Assembly: GCA_046497275.1 (NCBI GenBank)
Contig: JAWOFX010000179.1
Location: 1 to 17,795, forward strand
Length of the DNA stretch: 17,795 nt
Origin: Promethearchaeia archaeon
Lineage (GTDB): Archaea > Asgardarchaeota > Lokiarchaeia > Sigyniarchaeales > SOKP01
Reading direction: 5' to 3'
Shown: piece after piece, positions 15,264 through 17,795 of the stretch
Position numbering within the stretch: position 1 is the stretch's first letter
Layout: each line of letters starts with the position of its first letter
The notes under the pieces: generated by a model
The model's input: only the letters and a program-made list of their open reading frames with translations
What the model was told of the DNA's origin: nothing
The model's database searches: none
Program-made: the position numbers and the translations under genes

Positions 15264-16412
15264 TTGGATATATTTAAAAAACCTATGTTAAATTATTTAT
15301 ACATGATTTCGAATTTTTTAATATTATCCATCTCAATAACATTATTTATCCTTGTAGGAATCATTTTTCAAAAAAGCCGAAAATTTAAAACCGATATAAA
15401 GTATCTCATGTTCACCTTAATAAGCATTGCTATTGCCAATACGGCAGTAGGATTAAATTTTGATAATTCAATTCTTACATTGATAATGACAGCGTTCTTA
15501 CCATTAGGATTCTTATTTTTATTTTTTCATTATGAAGAAATTTCTCACCCAAGACCGAGATTAAGCGCATTAATAATCTTGTTTGGGTTATATATTCTTT
15601 TAATATCCTTCAAATTAATGATCCCTTTATATATGTGGCTAAATAATATCTCTTTTGATATTCCATATGTAGATTTAAGAGGATATAGTGATATGTTTAT
15701 CTACACTCTCTTTTGGATGTCTAATTTATTCCAGTCATTCATAATTTGTGGCGTCTTTCTTTTGGCTTTTTTAACGGTGATCAAGGTGCTTAAAGTAATT
15801 AAAATTAAGGCTATCATTATTGAATTAGTTGGTTTGATATTTTTAATCATTTATGGGTTGCTATACTTGATTCGAGATATCTTTTTCTATGAAACTGCTT
15901 ATGAGCTTTTAACCTCAATTGCTTTAGTATTCTCCTTAATAGGTCTCGTACTAATAATTTCCAATTTCATAGTCCATCCTGATTATCTCTATTTAATACC
16001 TTTTTCAATATTCAATTTCATGATTTTTAATGAGGGGGGGACTTCTTGTTATTTTAGGAAAGTGGAAGCATTGGATGAAGCTCAACCGCAAAAAAATATG
16101 GAACATTTAATGGCAGGAGCATTATCTGCAGTTTCGACAATGTTTAAGGAAGTTCTTGGAGCAGGAGCTAACATCCGTTATATAGATGCGGATGATTTCA
16201 TCATTTTAGTGACTTCTCTTCCGAAAAAAAAGGGCATTTTTGTAGTGATTTCTCGTGGAGAGGCTGCTCTCTTTAAGAAATCACTTATAAGATTTACTCG
16301 TAAATGGCCTATACAATTGTTAGATGAGATTAATGGAATGTTTGATTTAAATGAAATAAGTCCTAAAATTGATGAATTAATCAAAACTTCCTTTCCCTAT
16401 GTAGCTTTTTAA
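15264..16412 (+). CDS. Membrane protein with ~7 TM helices and a C-terminal longin-like domain
   Basis: Seven hydrophobic segments in aa ~10-240, then a soluble domain with a beta-beta-alpha-beta-beta-beta-alpha-alpha pattern (FMIFNEGG; LMAGALSAVSTMFKEV). The start could be TTG 15264 or ATG 15285. Confidence 0.7.
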   Translation: MDIFKKPMLNYLYMISNFLILSISITLFILVGIIFQKSRKFKTDIKYLMFTLISIAIANTAVGLNFDNSILTLIMTAFLPLGFLFLFFHYEEISHPRPRLSALIILFGLYILLISFKLMIPLYMWLNNISFDIPYVDLRGYSDMFIYTLFWMSNLFQSFIICGVFLLAFLTVIKVLKVIKIKAIIIELVGLIFLIIYGLLYLIRDIFFYETAYELLTSIALVFSLIGLVLIISNFIVHPDYLYLIPFSIFNFMIFNEGGTSCYFRKVEALDEAQPQKNMEHLMAGALSAVSTMFKEVLGAGANIRYIDADDFIILVTSLPKKKGIFVVISRGEAALFKKSLIRFTRKWPIQLLDEINGMFDLNEISPKIDELIKTSFPYVAF

Positions 16413-16420
16413 GCTATAAT

Positions 16421-17320
16421 TTAATAATAGGAATCGAGATTTACACCATATTTTTGATAATGGGCTTTTGTGAATTTCCAACTATTTTTATTATAATTTT
16501 TCAGAAATTCTTCATATTTTTGTGGTTCTCGCCCCTTTGTGGTCATACTTCGTAGGACTGCTTTATTATCATAGACATAAAGAAGATTATTTTTAATTCC
16601 TTCAATATATTTTTGGACTGCTTTCTCAGGAGACATTGCCTGACTTTGCATTTGTTTGAGAAGATCATCTGAAATCTCTTTTAATTTCTCTTCTCCTATG
16701 TCTTCTATAAGTTTCTCAGGGTATTTTACTTTACTTTTTAGATAGATATCTGTCTTTATATAGGATGGAATAATTACAGAGACATTAATATTAAAAATGC
16801 TAAGTTGCCCGAATAATGCTTCAGAAAGACCTACCACCGCAAATTTCGAATAAATATAAGGAGGAGGTTCCGTTAGACCTATAATTCCAGCTCCAGAAGC
16901 AACATTCACTATATACCCTTGTTGTCTTTCCATCAGATCTGGAAGAAATGTATGTATGGAATTGATTATTCCCCACAGATTTACATTTAATACTTTCTCC
17001 CAGTCCTCTAACGTGATTGCTAAGATATTTCCGCCGATGGCAATTCCAGCATTGTTAATTAATAAATCTAATTGATCGAATTTCGAGTAGAATTCTTTTT
17101 TTGCATTTTGATAATCTTTAATCTTGGTCACGTCGCACTTTATACCATATACATTAGCTTCTGAATCAGTTAGCTCTTTTATTACACTCTCTAAATTATG
17201 TAAGTCAATATCCACTAGAAAAAGATTCATTCCCTCTTTCGCAAGTATAGATGCAAATTCTCTTCCTATTCCATTTGCAGCTCCCGTAATAAAACAATTC
17301 CTATTTTTTAATTCTTTCAT
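16421..17320 (-). CDS. Classical short-chain dehydrogenase/reductase (SDR), probably NAD-preferring
   Basis: TGAANGIG, acidic VDID after beta-2, NNAG, NVASG and catalytic YIYSK. ATG at 17320, preceded by GAAGGT, is preferred over the track start at 17350. Confidence 0.92.
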   Translation of the reverse strand: MKELKNRNCFITGAANGIGREFASILAKEGMNLFLVDIDLHNLESVIKELTDSEANVYGIKCDVTKIKDYQNAKKEFYSKFDQLDLLINNAGIAIGGNILAITLEDWEKVLNVNLWGIINSIHTFLPDLMERQQGYIVNVASGAGIIGLTEPPPYIYSKFAVVGLSEALFGQLSIFNINVSVIIPSYIKTDIYLKSKVKYPEKLIEDIGEEKLKEISDDLLKQMQSQAMSPEKAVQKYIEGIKNNLLYVYDNKAVLRSMTTKGREPQKYEEFLKNYNKNSWKFTKAHYQKYGVNLDSYY

Positions 17321-17454
17321 AAAAAAACCTTCTAATAATAGATTATGCAAAATAATTGTTTATATAGATTTCGCGAGATTAATATATGAATATTATATTC
17401 ATAGAGGGATATTTAAATACTTGCGTTTACGATAACTATAAAATCAATAGCTTT

Positions 17455-17795
17455 TTAAAGGAGAAATTTATTTCCAAGATGAACATTTTCAAGATAATTT
17501 TGCGCCACTTCAAGACATTTATATGCTTGTTTTTTAGAAGTTATAGGTAAATCATACATTTGATAATCTGGATGGAAAACCAATAGAGAATAAGGAATTT
17601 TAGAATCAATTAAGCTTACAAATTTGGCAATTTTTTCGACCTCTTCATGATTAATATAACCTGGAACCAATAAAGTGCATCCACTCATCTCAGGTACACC
17701 ATTTCGTGTTCCGAAGTAATTTTCAGCTAAAAATTTGAAATTATCCAAGGTTCTTTTATTACTTACCCCACAAAGAGCATAATTAAGCTTCTCAT
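17455..17795 (-). CDS. Radical SAM protein, PFL-activase-like; C-terminal part only (the 5' end lies beyond the window)
   Basis: The frame stays open to the window edge (EKLNYALCGVSNKRTLDNF...). TLLVPGY, IPYSLLVFHPDY and ENVHLGN resemble the C-terminus of PflA-like radical SAM enzymes. The CxxxCxxC motif is not in the window. Confidence 0.7.
   Translation of the reverse strand, partial: EKLNYALCGVSNKRTLDNFKFLAENYFGTRNGVPEMSGCTLLVPGYINHEEVEKIAKFVSLIDSKIPYSLLVFHPDYQMYDLPITSKKQAYKCLEVAQNYLENVHLGNKFLL

Noticed and set aside
15244-15291. ATG-initiated 15-codon frame overlapping the start of the 7TM gene, with a T6 run suggesting frameshifting
   Set aside because: The 7TM gene has in-frame starts of its own (TTG 15264, ATG 15285); no stimulatory structure or need for a frameshift was found.
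5339-16384. Other short antisense ORFs (5339-5578, 6197-6406, 9694-9891, 10581-10817, 11913-12245, 12070-12252, 13100-13336, 13910-14218, 16178-16384)
   Set aside because: All are nested opposite strong CDSs and have no independent evidence.
17124-17435. 103-aa + strand ORF
   Set aside because: Mostly antisense to the SDR gene and its promoter, with no motif.
1-17795. CRISPR arrays, IS elements, integrases, defence systems
   Set aside because: No regularly spaced repeats, terminal inverted repeats with target duplications, transposase motifs or recombinase motifs were found by eye.

Overview
AT-rich (roughly 30% GC by eye) archaeal chromosomal window, most likely from an Asgard archaeon (Lokiarchaeia-like). 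The taxonomic call rests on an archaeal-type SRP RNA, an archaeal uS10 and a 7TM protein ending in a longin-like domain. It holds an SRP (7S) RNA on the minus strand at the left edge and 13 complete CDSs: TPP enzyme, MPG glycosylase, URO-D family, IMPase/FBPase, NDP-forming acyl-CoA synthetase alpha, CDF-NifX fusion, hypothetical, ArsB/NhaD/SLC13 permease, DUF3604, amino-acid dehydrogenase-CBS fusion, uS10, 7TM-longin and SDR. A radical SAM gene runs off the right edge. I saw no mobile element, CRISPR array or tRNA. The most interesting items are: (1) a Glu/Leu/Phe/Val dehydrogenase whose pocket residues match an engineered methionine/norleucine dehydrogenase, fused to an MJ0100-like (SAM/MTA-binding type) CBS pair; (2) a hypothetical protein with a Whirly/PC4-like tandem pattern; (3) a 7TM-longin fusion; (4) an SRP RNA with a weak or absent helix 1; (5) a ~40-bp element duplicated in two promoter regions. 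All family calls come from motifs read by eye; no database searches were run.
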